Part shown: one piece after another, positions 38,378-51,258 of the stretch
Position numbering within the stretch: the stretch's first letter is position 1
Layout: each line of letters opens with the position of its first letter
From: Squalus acanthias
Taxonomy: Eukaryota
Assembly (NCBI GenBank): GCA_030390025.1
Contig: CM059427.1
Coordinates: 197,098,001-197,162,000, forward strand
Direction: 5' to 3'
DNA length: 64,000 nucleotides
Notes under the pieces: model-generated
Told to the model about the DNA's origin: nothing
What the model saw: only the letters and a program-made list of their open reading frames with translations
Databases searched by the model: none
Position numbers and translations under genes: made by a program

Positions 38378-38735
38378 AGGTAGTGGTTTTTGGTCGGGGT
38401 TAGGGTTAGGGTGTTAGGCATAGGGTTTAAAGGTTAAGATTAGGGGTTGGGATTAGGGATTAGGGTTAGGGGTTCGGGGTTAGGGTTAAGATTAGTAGTT
38501 TGAGTTAGCATTATGGGTTAGGTTTAGCATTAGGGGTTAGGGTTAGGCGTTACGGTTAGCATTAGTGGTTAGGGTTACAGGTTACAATAAGGAGTTAGGG
38601 TTAGTGTTAGGTCTTAGTGTTAGCATTAAGGGTTAGGGTTATGGTTAGGAATTAGGGTTAGGGTTACGGGTTATGATTAGGTGTTAGGGTTAGCGTTAGG
38701 TTAGGATTAGGGGTTGGTTAGCTTAGGGGTTAGGA
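38378..38735 (+). repeat. Degenerate (TTAGGG)n interstitial telomere-like tract
   Basis: Multiple GGGTTAGGGTTAGG runs mixed with variants such as TTAGCA, TTACGG and TTATGG. Confidence 0.9.
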
Positions 38736-39837
38736 TTTCCTCCATTTTTCACATTTCCATACTTCTCACCGAGAAAGGCATCATCAGCATTAGACTTTTG
38801 GCTTTTGGCACAAGAGCAGGCAGTTCCAGGTGTTGCGTTAGTTACATTCAGTTATTGACCTGCCTGAAAACTGCTTCTGACAATAACATATCAACAGGTC
38901 CTACCGGTCGCCATCTGCTTCCACCGTGAAAGCTCCACCCATTACCCATCATGTGCCTTCATGGAGCAGGATTCGGCACTATGACCTTTACCCATACTGA
39001 AGTGATTCTGATTCCCTTTTTATAGTCTCAATCTAAGTGGTCGTTGGGTTTGGTCTCACTATGTAAGTGGTTCCTATTTGGTCTCAGAGAGGAAGCTCGC
39101 TCTCACCACCTCCTCATCCCATTCCGCTTCACTCAACCAAATTTTCATGTTCTATCAGCTCTGTCTTTTTTCAGTCTTCCTGCGTTGCTCCTTTTTTTTA
39201 ATGTGGGTTGAAGCTGGGCCTATCCCTGTTGAATCCCCGCTTGTTTATCATTTCACTGCCTCCTCCCTTTAATTATCAGAGATATCTAATTTTAAACAGC
39301 ATTTAACCGCAAGAGCGAGGAACACGACGCCCCCATTGTAGAGTGTGAAGGTGGTTGAGGGACAGGCGGCAGTTGAGCTCTTGAACCCCAAGGGCAAAAG
39401 CGCAAGCATTGGGGAGAGCGGGAAACAGTGAGCCGAAATTTGCGATCAGAGGTGTACCTCCGGAGTATGCCTCCGACCTCGAAAAAAAATCTGATAGTAC
39501 CTGCTGGCCCCTGGGCTTCGGAGTCTTCGGGTCCTGGGCCTGCAGGCGTTGACCTGCTTAAATGCCCACGGATCCAGGGAAGCAGGCAGTTCGGAAGCGT
39601 CCCTGGGATCATGTGGGCCAGGTCCTCCAATTAGAAGGGGGGATTCCTCATAAGCTTATGGGGATGCCATTTACGAATAGAATATGCATAAGCTTGTGAG
39701 AAATCCCCCAAATAAATAAGTAATTAACACAATTCTAACAGTAATAAATTTTCCCGTGTTCAAAATTAATTAAAATCCCTTACATTAAGCATTTAAAAAA
39801 AATTTTTTTTTTGGAAAAATACCTTTAAACATTTTAA

Positions 39838-40524
39838 ATAAAAACAGAAAATGCTGGAAATACTCAGCAGGTCAGGCAGCATCTGTGGAGAGAGAAACAG
39901 AGTTAACGTTTCAGGTCGATGACCCTTCGTCAGAACTGGAAAAGCTGGAGATCGAACAGGTTTTTAAGCAAGTGCAGGGGCAGGGAAAGGGGGGAGCGGA
40001 GGAAAGGACAAAAGGGAAGGTCTGTGATAGGATGGAAGGCAGGAGAGTTTAAGAGACATTACGAGATGGTTCAAGGCAAAAGGAGATGGTGATGGGACAA
40101 GTTAAGAAACAAAAGATGGCTCTGGATGAAGTGTAAATGGCACTGGCAGAATGAAAGACAGCTGCCATGTGGGAGAGAGAAAAAATACATAAATACATAA
40201 ATAAATAATAAATAAAATAAATGGAAATAAAGGGTTGGGGCAGAGGTTACTGTCTGAATTGATGGAACTCTATGTTGAGTCCAGAAGGCTGTAAAGTGCC
40301 TAATCGAAAGATGAGGTGCTGTTCCTCGAGCTTACATTGAGCTTCATTGGAACAGTGTAAGAGACCGAGGACAGTGAGGTCTGAGTGGGAATAGAGCGGA
40401 GAACTAAAGTGACAGGCAACCGGAAGCTCGGGGTCACCCTTGCGGACTGAACAGAGGTGTTCCGCAAAGCGGTCACCCAATCTGCATTTGGTGGCACAAT
40501 GTAGAGGAGACCGCCTGTTTAAAA
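39838..40524 (-). mobile_element. Penelope-like retroelement 3' fragment (GIY-YIG C-terminal half plus pseudo-LTR)
   Basis: ORF 40247-40480 reads GDRFAEHL...PVACHF...KLEEQHLIFRLGTLQPSGLN. 14-bp TSD TTTAAACATTTTAA at 39824-39837 and 40525-40538. Confidence 0.9.
39901..39937 (-). ncRNA. Minimal type I hammerhead ribozyme motif
   Basis: AGUU-CUGACGA-A-GGGUC(AUC)GACCU-GAAA-CG-UU-AACU: conserved core, stem II, 4-bp stem I and palindromic ACGU stem III. Confidence 0.7.
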
Positions 40525-41436
40525 TTTAAACATTTTAATCCGGGCCATAATTTACATGAACTAATTTTAAATGTTTTTGTATGTTTTAATCATTTTTAAA
40601 AAGTTAATATAACCTTCATTTTACCCCTGCCAGACATTTTGCCAGGCGTAAAGGTTTCGTGGGCATTTGCTGGGCACTAGTTGGGCAAATAGCCCAACTC
40701 TGCGCCAGCGAAAGTGTTTTTGGGGCGCATGCAAACGTTCTGTCAAGGCGAACCTTGACTGATCGCAAGTTCCGGGTTTTCGCGCATTGCGGGAAACCCA
40801 GAACTGGCTGGGCCATTCTGAGGGTTTACGATGACTTACGCTCTCCGCGCAAAACCCAGGCCAGTGAAGCTGTGATTGGAGGACCAGCGAGCATGGGCTA
40901 GCGGGAGGTGCTGGGCGCTCCAAGCCGACCGGAGAGGGCGGGAAAAAGTGAAGCTGTGATTGGAGGCCTCGTGCGCACGAGCAGGGGAAAGGTGTTTACG
41001 GAGCTTAAACACGCATGGCAAGAAGTGTGGGGTGGGGCCTGGGGGCGTAGGGAGGCGAGAAGCCTCGAAATCCCTCCAGAGCCCCGCTAAAGACTGGCTT
41101 TAGAAAGCTGGAGTGATCCAAATTCATCTGTCACCGTTTCTGGGTGTACTCAGAAAAAAAATCCCAATAGCTAGTCCGCTTCTGAGAGGAAGAGTGTGGG
41201 CCGGATGAAACTGTTCCACGGCCGTGGTCGTCTATTTGACACGCCTGGTCTAAACTATCCACCGCATTTAATCATGAAAATGCTGTAACCATAAAGGCAT
41301 CTCCTTCACATACTTTAGACATACCCCAACATCTGACCAGTCATCTCAGCAAATCAGGAGGTGATAAAGACCATGCAAACTAAGGCTCATGCTTGAGTGG
41401 GCTGCTTGACACGGAACTCAAAGGTTCCGTGCCGGA

Positions 41437-44400
41437 CGTCAAAGGTTGTAATCTCTGGAATACTCCCGGTGCCATGTGCTGGTGAGTATAGGAATAGGAG
41501 GATAGAGCAGATGAATGCGTGGCTTAAGAGTAGGTGCAGGAGGGAGGGCTTTAGTTTCCTGGATCACTGGGTGTGCTTCTGGAGAAGGTGGGACCTGTAC
41601 AAGTCGGACGGGTTGCACCTGAACCAGAACAGGACCAACATCCTTGTGGGGAGGTTTGCTAGTACTGTTGGGGGGGTGAGGGTTAAACTAACTTGGCAGG
41701 GGGATGGGATACGGAGTGGAGCTATAGTAGGGGGAGATGCACAGCCAAATAAAGAGGAAAAAACAAGTCAGCCTGGAAGGCAGAGCAAATATGTAACGGC
41801 ACAAGGGAGTTTGGCAAGGTTGGATGGCATTTATTTTAATGCAAGGAGTCTTGCGAGTAAGGCAGATGAATTGAAGGTGTTGATGAACACATGGGAGTAT
41901 GATATTGTTGCTATCACAGAGATATGGTTGAGGGAGGGGCAGGACTGGCAGCTCCATATTCCGGGGTATAGAATCTTCAGGCGAGACAGAGGGGGGTGTA
42001 AAAGAGGAGGGGGTGTCGCAATATTAATCAAGGAGTCAACTCCTGCAGTAAGGAGGGATGATATATTAGCAGGTGTCGCTAATGAGGCCATCTGGGTAGA
42101 ACTTAAAAACAAAAAGGGGGCAAGCACTTTGCTGGGAGTGTACTATAGGCCCCCAAACAGTCAGGGGGAGATAGAGGAACAGATATGTAGGCAAATCTCA
42201 GAGAAGTGTAGAAATAATAGGGTAATAATAGTAGGGGATTTCAACTTCCCCAATATTAACTGGGATAGTCAGAGTGTGAAAGGCTTCAAGTGCATCCAGG
42301 AGAGCTTTTTGAGCCAGCATGTAGAAAGTTCTACAAGAGAGGGGGCAGTACTGGACTTAATTCTAGGGAATGTAACCAGGCAAGTGGTAGAAGTGTCAGT
42401 AGGAGAGCATTTTGATGACAGTGACCATAATTCGGTGAGATTTAAGGTATTCATGGAATAGGACAAAGATGGACAGGAAATAAAGGTTCTAAATTGGGGG
42501 AAGGCCGATTTTAATATGATAAGGCAGGATCTCACCAAAGTGGACTGGGATCAGTTACTTGTAGGAAAATCCAGATCAGAGCAGTGGGAGTCTTTCAGAA
42601 CGGAAATAGAGAGAGTACAACGCCAACATGTTCCCGTAAAGGTCAAGGGTGGGACCAACAAGCCCACTGTACCCTGGATGTCAAGGGATATACAAGAATG
42701 GATTTGGAAGAAAGGGACGCTTTTGGCAGATACAAAGGTTTAAAAACAGTGGAAGCCCTAGAGGAGTATAGAAAGTGCAGGGGGGTACTTAAAAAATAAA
42801 TTAGGAGAGTGAAGAGGGGGCATGAAAAATCACTGGCGGGCAAAATAGAGGAAAATCCCAAGGTGTTTTATAAGTATATTAAGGGCAAGAGGATAACCAG
42901 GGAAAGAGTAGTGCCCATTAGGGACCAAAGTGGCAATCTGTGTGTAGAGCCGAAAGATGTGGGTGAGGTTTTAAATGAATATTTTGCATCTGTGTTCACT
43001 ATGGAGAAGGACGATGTAGGCATAGAAATCAGGCAGGGGGATTGTGATATACTTGAACAAATTAGTATTGAGAGGGAGGAGATACTAGCGGTTTCAGTGG
43101 GCTTAAAACTGGATAAATGCCCAGACCCAGACGAGATGCATCCCAGGCTGCTGTGTGAGGCAAGGGATGAGATTGCAGGGGCTCTCACACAAATTTTCAC
43201 AACCTCTCTGGCCACAGGGGAGGTGCCAGAGGACTGGAGGACAGCTAACGTGGCTCCATTATTCAAGAAGGGTAGTAGGGATAAACCAGGGATAAGCCAG
43301 TGAGCCTAGCATCAGTGGTAGGGTAATTATTGGAAAATTTTCTGAGGGACAGAATTAGTCTCCACTTGGAGAGGCAAGGATTAATCAAGGATAATCAGCA
43401 TGGCTTTGTCAGGGGGAGATCATGTCTAACCAATTTTTTTGAATTTTTCGAGGGGGTGACTAGGTGTGTGGATGAGAGTAGTGCAGTTGATGTAGCCTAC
43501 ATGGACTTCAGTAAGGCTTTTGACAAAATCCCACACGGGAGATTGGTCAAGAAGGTAAGAGCCCATGGTATCCAGGGCAATTTGGCACATTGGATCCAAA
43601 ATTGGCTTAGTGGCAGGAGGCAGAGGGTGATGTTCGAAGGTTGTTTTTGTGACTGGAAGCCTGTGTCCAGTGGTGTACCGCAGGGATCGGTGCTGGGTCC
43701 TTTGCTGTTTGTAGTGTACATTAATGATTTAGATATGAATGTAGGAGGTATGATCAGTAAGTTCGCAGATGACATGAAAATTGGTGGAGTGGTAAATAGC
43801 GAGGACGTAAGCCTCAGGCTACAGGACAATATAGACGGGTTGGTTAGATGGGCACAACAGTGGCAAATAGAATTTAACCCTGAAAAGTGTGAGGGGATGC
43901 ATTTTGGGAGGACTAACAAGGCAAGGGAATACACAATGAATGGTAGGACCCTAGGTAGGACAGAGATTCAGAGGGACCTTGGTGTGCATGTACATAGATC
44001 CCTGAAGGCAGCAGGACAGGTAGATAACGTGGTGACAAAGGCATATGGGATACTTGCCTTCATTAGCCGAGGCATAAATATAAGAGCAGGGAGGTTATGA
44101 TGGAGCTGCACAAAACGCTAGTTAGGCCACAGCTGGAATACCGTGTGCAGTTCTGGTCGCCACACTATAGGAAGGATGTGATTGCATTCGAGAGGGTGCA
44201 GAGGAGATTCACCAGGATGTTACCTGGGCTGGAGCGCTTCAGCTATGAAGAGAGACTGGACAGGCTGGGGTTGTTTTCCTTAGAGCAGAGAAGGCTGAGG
44301 GGGGACCTGATTGAGGTGTACAAAATTATGAGAGGCATAGATAAGGCAGATAGAAAGGAACTTTTCCCCTTAGTAGAGGGGTCAATAACCAGGGGGCATA

Positions 44401-44690
44401 GTTTCTAGGTAAGGGGCAGGAGGTTTAGAGTAGATTTGAGGAAAATCTTTTTTCACACAGAGGGTGGTTGGAATCTGGAACTCACTGCTGGAAAGGGTAG
44501 TAGAGGTAGGAACCCTCACAACATCCAAGAAGCATTTAGATGAGCACTTGAAACGCCATAGCATACAAAGCTATGGACCAAGTGCTGGAAAATGGGATTA
44601 GAATAGACAGGGCTTGATGGCCGGCGCGGACACGATGGGCCGAAGGGCCTCTTTCTGTGCTGTATAACTCTGAGACTCTATGACTCTATA
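41437..44690 (+). mobile_element. CR1 LINE: ORF1 esterase C-terminus, APE and RT (decayed)
   Basis: KVVISGILP...DGLHL (SGNH esterase), YFNARSL, AITEIWL, GDFN, SDHN and KFADD. Tail (TATGACTC)n. Confidence 0.93.
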
Positions 44691-45527
44691 AAGGTCCTCA
44701 CGAGAAAATGCATGCGCGCGGAGTTCGGGTGAAGACAAGATTGGATTTATCTGTGATGTACCTTACAGCAAAATGACCGGGTAGCAATCGCCCTCTAGAC
44801 GCACACGTGATCTTGACCACTTGGGCGTAGCCAGCGCCCCTGGAACTATACTATGGGAAAGTCAATGGTTTCAGAGGCTGGGTGGCGTCGGGGTGGTGGG
44901 GGGTGGGGGGGGCGGTGGGGTGGTGGGGTGGGTTAAATTTGGAAGGGAAAATAGCACCTATTCAAAAGTTGGTGAGTGGAGCTAGATTATTTGTGATCAG
45001 AGTGAGATGTGAGAGCCAGCAGTCTCACTTAAATCTGCGCAGTGCTAAGTTGCCACGGAGCATAGAGAGACCAGCAATCACGAAGATACCCGCCCAAGCT
45101 CCGATGAATTTCAACTGCTTCCACAACAAACAATCTTGTAATGTCAGCTCATTTGAATGGCTGATATACAGCCTTTGACTGCAATTAGAGAACTACCAAC
45201 AACACTACCTCCGTTTAGGAGTCGATTTGTAATGTTCCAGTGCTCCCCTAAAATGTGGACTGAACAGTGCAATTGAAGACGAGAGTGACATATCATCCTT
45301 GCAGGAAAGAACTTGGTAGCCGATCTGATACCGCCCGTTTTGCACCACCGCCCGAGACGAATTTCTAGGCCAACCACCTTTTTCACAACCTAAGGACTTC
45401 TCAAAGCTCTTCACAGGCAATTAAGGACTTTTGAAACGTTAGTCCTGATACAACATAGAGAAACATGGCAGCTATCTCCCGCACAGCACGATCCCTCAAA
45501 CAGAAAGTAGATAAATGACCAGATAAT

Positions 45528-45679
45528 GGATGGAACTATCAACTTCGGCAAAGGTGTCAAAAGGGCAGTAGGGGATCGACTGCCCGTTATTCACACCACC
45601 AAATTTTATTTTCCATTAATGTGAAGGACAATCGGACGAGGAATGTAACTGGCCGCCGCCAAAGTTGAAAGTTTCCCCC
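45528..45679. mobile_element. 152-bp MITE
   Basis: TIRs match 17/22 (GGATGGAACTATCAACTTCGGC vs rc GGGGGAAACTTTCAACTTTGGC). AAT on both flanks. Confidence 0.75.
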
Positions 45680-45682
45680 AAT

Positions 45683-46365
45683 GGGATAGAAATTGGTATG
45701 CTTTGTGCCCAATTTCTGGGTGTAAATTAGAGTTGGGTACCAATATTGGGCAGCAGTATCCTGTGCACGACCCCGCCCAACATCCACCACAGAGGTTCGC
45801 CAGATACTAAATGGCTAGCCTGCAATTTCCAAGGCGCTCGACAAAATGGGCTTAAGCCCACTTGGTTATGCTCATGATGGGCCCACCACATGTTTCAGGA
45901 CCTGACACCAAATTGTGCAATAGCTGAGCAGAGTACTTGCTGCTCATTCTCCGCTTACTTTTTCTGGTTCTACCCTGGCTTAACCAATGATTCTTGAAGG
46001 GACTGCTGGAACCTGTTGGAGAGGAGTTACAGTTTATTGTTTACTTCCCTGAATGTGGAGCCAGGAGGTGCACCTCCTGGTTTCACAGCATTACTGTGAT
46101 TATTTGCCAAACTATACTCGCCCCCTCTCGTTCGCCTCCTATCCCGCGCGCGACCTACCTGAGGGCCGGCTTCGCATCCAGATTGGTAACATCCAAACCA
46201 GCTGCATCGGGACACCCAGTTGAAGTACACAGCTTGCTGTATGCATGTAGATGAGGCCGATTTTTTCGAATTTTCTATAGTCATCATGCCGGCCTAGACT
46301 GGCATGCAAAGCAATCATTCTGCTGACCTGCTGCCCATTTTGGGTGCAGGCCTAATTTGCTGCCC
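45683..46365. mobile_element. 683-bp Harbinger-like MITE
   Basis: Ends GGGATAGAAATTGG and CCTAATTTGCTGCCC. AAT on both flanks. Confidence 0.75.
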
Positions 46366-47042
46366 AATGTGTTTTTTGTGGTTCTAGTTGAGGGATAAAT
46401 TTTGGCCAGGGCACCAGGAGAACTCCGTTGATCATCTTCCCAGTAGTGCCGTGCGTCATTTACATTCAGCTGAGAGGAGGTGGGGCCTCAGTTTAACGGC
46501 TCATCCAAAAGACGGCACCTCCCACAGTGGAGCACTCCCTCAGTACTGCACTGAAGTGCAAGCCTAGATTAGCTACTTAAGTATCTGAATCTTCTAATTC
46601 AGAGCTGAGAATTTTATCACAGAGGCAATAGCTGATTCACCCAACTGTGCTTACCCTCAGGCCTGATCTCTTCGCAGAACCACAGACCATGACTCGTTCC
46701 GGTATAACCTTGTACAATGCCATTCATAAGCATCCACTGTTGCTAATGTACTCAGTATATGGGTGTAAGATATAAATTGTTAGCGTACCCAGTGAATGGG
46801 GCAAACAGAATCTCAATTTGATAAACCAGAAAGAGAGTCAATATAAAAGCAAAAGATGGATAGTTGGAAGTATAAGCGCAATCACTTTTCCTAGGGATAA
46901 AGTGAGCAGTTGCAAAATTCCAATGACAATGAACAGTGGATTGGGACTAATAAAGATTGAAGAGATTACAATTAACGATGAACATTTGAAGATCCATATC
47001 CCGAGGAGAAAGTGAGGAACCAGTACGAGATACATTTGTAGA

Positions 47043-50000
47043 AAAAAAGAAAGACTTGCGCTTATGTAGCGCCTTCAAGACCACCGGACGTCCCAAAGCG
47101 TTTTACAACTAACGAAGCACTTTTTTGAAGTTTAGTCACTCTTGTAATGTAGGAAATGCGGCAGACAAAATTGCGCACAGCAAGCTCTCACAAACAGCAA
47201 TGTGATAATGACCAGAAAATCTGTTTTTTGTTATGTTGATTGAGGGATAAATATTGGCCAAGATACCGGGGATAACTCCCGTGCTCTTCAAATAGTGCCA
47301 TGGGATCTTTTACGTCCACCTGAGAGAGCAGACAGGGCCTTGGTTTAAAATTTCATCTGAAAAACGGCACCTCCAATAGTGCAGCACTCCGTCAGTACTG
47401 CACTGGACTGTCAGCCTAGATTTTTTGTGCTCAATTCTCATGGGGTAGGACTTGGACCACAACTTAGGAAGGTAGTGCAGGAGTCCCCTGGGTCCATCTC
47501 CCTCTCCAACAGATTTTCCGTTTTGGATACTGCTGGGGGAGATGGTTTCTCAGGGGAATGCAGCAAGAGCCAAGTCCGTGACACTACGAGTGGCTCAGCT
47601 GCACATCAGGGGAGGAGAAAGAGTGGGAGAGCAATAGTGATAGGGGATTATATCGTAAGGAGAACAGATAGACGTTTCTGTGGCCGCAGACTTGACTCCA
47701 GGATGGTATGTTGCCTCCCTGGTGCCAGGGTCAAAGATGTCACTGAATGGCTGCAGGGCATTCTGAAGGGGGAGGGCAAACAGTCAGAGGTCGTGCTTCA
47801 CATTGGTAGCAACGACATAGGTAGAAAGATGGATAGGGTCCTGCAACAAGAATTTAGGGAGCTAGGTAGCAGATTAAAAAGCAGGACCTCAAAGGTTGTA
47901 ATCTCTGGATTACTCCAGGTGCTATGTGCTAAGTGAGTATAGGAACAGCAGGATAGAGCAGATGAATGCGTGGCTAAAGAGTTGGAGCAGGAGGGAGGGC
48001 TTTAGTTTCCTGGATCACTGGGTCTGCTTCTGGGGAAGGTGGGACCTGTACAAGTCGGACGGGTTGCACCTGAACTGAAATGGGACCAACATCCTTGCGG
48101 GGAGGTTTGCTAGTACTGTTGGCGGGGGGGGGGGGGTGGGTGGGGGGGGCGGGGTTGGCGGTTGAACTAACTTGTCAGGGGGATGGGATACGGAGTGGAG
48201 CTATAGTAGGGGGCGATGCACAGCCAAATATAGAGGAAAAAAATAAGTCAGCCTGGAAGGCAGAGCAAATATGTAACAGCATAAGGGAGTACAGCAAGGC
48301 TGGATGGCATTTATTTTAATGCAAGGACTCTTGTGAGTAAAGCAGATGAATTGAAGGTGTTAATGGACACATGGAAGTACGATAGTGTTGCTATCACAGA
48401 GACATGGTTGAGGGAGGGGCAGGACTGGCAGCTCAATATTCCGGGGTATAGAATCTTCAGGTGAGACAGAGGGGTGGGGGGGGGTTGTAAAAGAGGAGGG
48501 GGTGTCACAATATTAATCAAAGTGTCAATTACTGCTGTAAGGAGGGATGATATCTTAGCAGGTTCCTCTAATGAGGCCATATGGGTAGAACTTAAAAACA
48601 AAAAGGGGGCAAGCACTTTGCTGGGAGTGTACTATAGGCCCCCAAACTGTCAGGGGGAGATAGAGGAACAGATATGTAAGTAAATCTCAGAGAAGTGTAG
48701 AAATAATAGGGTAATAATAGTAGGGGATTTCAACTTCCCCAATATTAACTGGGATAGTCAGAGTGTGAAAAGCTTAGAGGGTGCGGAATTCTTCAAGTGC
48801 ATCCAGGAGAGCTTTTTGATCCGGCATGTAGAAAGTCCTACAAGAGAGGGGGCGGTACTGGACCTAATTCTAGGGAATGCAGCCGGGCAAGTGGTAGAAG
48901 TGTCAGTAGCAAAGCATTTTGGTGACAGTGACCATAATTTGGTGAGATTTAAGGTAGTCATGGAAAAGGACAAAGATGGACCAGAAATAAAGGTTCTAAA
49001 TTGGAAGAAGGCCGATTTTAATATGATAAGGCAGGATCTGGCCAAAGAGGATTGTAATAAGCTACTTGTAGGAACAGCCACATCAGACAGTGGGAGTCTT
49101 TCAGAAAGGAAATAGAGAGAGTACAACACCAACATGTTCCCGTAAAGGTCAAGGGTGGGACCAACAAGCCCAGGGAACGCTGGACGTCAAGGGATATATA
49201 AGAATGGATTAGGAAAAAAAGGGAGGCTTTTGGCAGGCATAAAGGACTAAAAACAGTGGAAGTCCTAGAGGAGTATAGAAAGTGCAGTGGGTACTTATAA
49301 AAAGAAATTAGGAGAGCGAAGAGGGGGCATGAAAAAACACTGGCAGGCAAAATAAAGGGAAATCCCAAGGTGTTTTATAAGTATATTAAGGGCAAAAGAA
49401 TAACCAAGGAAAGAGTAGGGCCTATTAGGGACCAAAGTGGCAATCTGTGTGTAGAGCCGAAAGATGTGGGTGAGGTTTTAAATGAATATTTTGCATCTGT
49501 GTTCACTATGGAGAAGGACGATGTAGGCATAGAAATCAGGCAGGGGGATTGTGATATACTTGAACAAAATAGTATTGAGAGGGAAGAGGTACTAGCGGTT
49601 GTAGCGGGCTTAAAAGTGGATAAATGCCCAGTCCCAGACGAGATGTATCCCAAGCTGCTGTGTGAAGCAAGGGAGGTGATTGCAGGGGCTCTGACACAAA
49701 TTTTCACAACCACTCTGGCCACAGGGGAGGTGCCAGAGGACTGGAGGATAGCTAACGTAGTATCAATATTCAAGAAGGGTAGTAGGGATAAACCAGGGAA
49801 TTACAGGCCAGTGAGCCTAACATCAGTGGTAGGGAAAAATATTGGAAAAAATTCTGAGGGACAGAATTAGTCTCCACTTGGAGAGGCAAGGATTAATCAA
49901 GGATAGTCAGCATGGCTTTGTCAGGGGGAGATCATGTCTAACCAATTTGATTGAATTTTTCGAGGGGTGACTAGGTGTGTGGATGAGGGTAGTGCAGTTG

Positions 50001-51258
50001 ATGTAGTCTACATGGACTTCAGTAAGGTTTTTGATAATGTCCCACATGGGAGACTGGTCAAGAAGGTAAGAGCCCATGGTATCTAGGGCAATTTGGCACA
50101 TTGGATCCAAAATTGGCTTAGTGGCAGGAGGCAGAGCTAATGGTCGAAGGTTGTTTTTGTGACTGGTAGCCTGTGTCCAGTGGTGTACCGCACGGATCGG
50201 TGCTGGGTCCTTTGCTGTTTGTAGTGTACATTAATGATTTAGATATGAATGTAGAAGGTATGAGCATTAAGTTCGCAGATGAAACGAAAATTGGTGGAGT
50301 GGTAAATAGCGAGGAGGGACGCCTCAGACTACAGGACGATATAGACGGGTTGGTCAGATGGGCAGAACAGTGGCAAATGGAATTTAACCCTGAAAAGTGT
50401 GAGGTGATGCATTTTGAGAGGACTAGCAAGGCAAGGGAATACACAATGAATGGTAGGATCCTAGGAAGGAGAGAGGATCAGAGGGACCTTGGTGTGCATG
50501 TACATAGATCCCTGAAGGCATCAGGCCAGGTAGTTACAGTGGTTAAAGAGTCATATGGGATAGTTGCCTTCATTAGCCGAGGCATAGAATATAAGAGCAG
50601 GGATGTTATGATGGAGCTGTACAAAACGCTAGTTAGGCCACAGCTGGAATACCGTGTGCAGCTCTGGTCGCCACACTATAGGAAGGATGTGATTGCCTTG
50701 GAGAGGGTGCAGAGGAGATTCACCAGGATGTTACCTGGGCTGGAGCGCTTCAGCTATGAAGAGAGACTGGACAGGCTGGAGTTGTTTTCCTTAGAGCAGA
50801 GAAGGCTGAGGGGGGACCAGATTGAGGTGTACAAAATTATGAGGGGCATAGATAGGGTAGATATAAAGGAACTTTTCCCCTTAGTAGCGGGGTCAATAAC
50901 CAGGGGGCATGATTTCAAGGTAAGGGGCAAGATGTTCAGAGGGGATTTGAGGAAAACCTTTTTCACCCAGAGGGTGGTTGGAGTCTGGAACTCACTGCCT
51001 GTAAGGGTGGTAGAGGCAGGAACCCTCACAACATTCAAGAAGCTTTTAGATGAGCACTGGAAACGCCATAGCATACAAGGCTACGGACCAAGTGCTGGAA
51101 AATGGGATTATAATAGATAGGGCTTGATGGCCGGCGTGGACACGATGGGCCGAAGGGCCTCTTTCTGTGCTGTATAAATCCATGACTCTTTGGCTCTATG
51201 ACTCTAACCTTCTGACGTCACAGTCGAGGGTGCTACCAACTGAGCCATTGGCTGACAT
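47043..51258 (-). mobile_element. DeuSINE (SacSINE1/AmnSINE-like), halves 47043-47464 and 51206-51258, split by a CR1
   Basis: The reverse complement contains the core CAGTGCAGTACTGACGGAGTGCTGCAC...GGAGGTGCCG. The tRNA head (TGGCTCAGTTGGTAGCA) lies beyond the CR1. Confidence 0.75.
47465..51205 (+). mobile_element. CR1 LINE with partial ORF1 (SGNH esterase), APE and RT
   Basis: IVIGD.IVR, CCLPGARV and HIGSND, then ORF2 fragments. Same subfamily as 41437-44690. Confidence 0.93.

Larger units (their letters stand above)
36991..41247. mobile_element. hAT (Charlie-like) non-autonomous element enclosing nested insertions
   Basis: TIRs CAGGGCTGTCAAA and rc CAGGCGTGTCAAA (11/13). 8-bp flanks GTCTAAAG and GTCTAAAC (7/8). 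Subterminal GGGCC motifs. Confidence 0.75.
45425..46640 (-). mobile_element. DeuSINE-like element split by two MITEs
   Basis: 45425-45527 and 46369-46640 are colinear with the copy at 47043-47464. Confidence 0.75.

Noticed and set aside
44831-44850. CTCF-like CAGCGCCCCTGG
   Set aside because: Only a partial match, inside probable repeat-derived sequence.
42868-51074. Recurrent antisense ORFs (e.g. MYSLALLVL..., TLAVLQSSGTSP...)
   Set aside because: Shadow frames of CR1 ORF2 that repeat with each copy.
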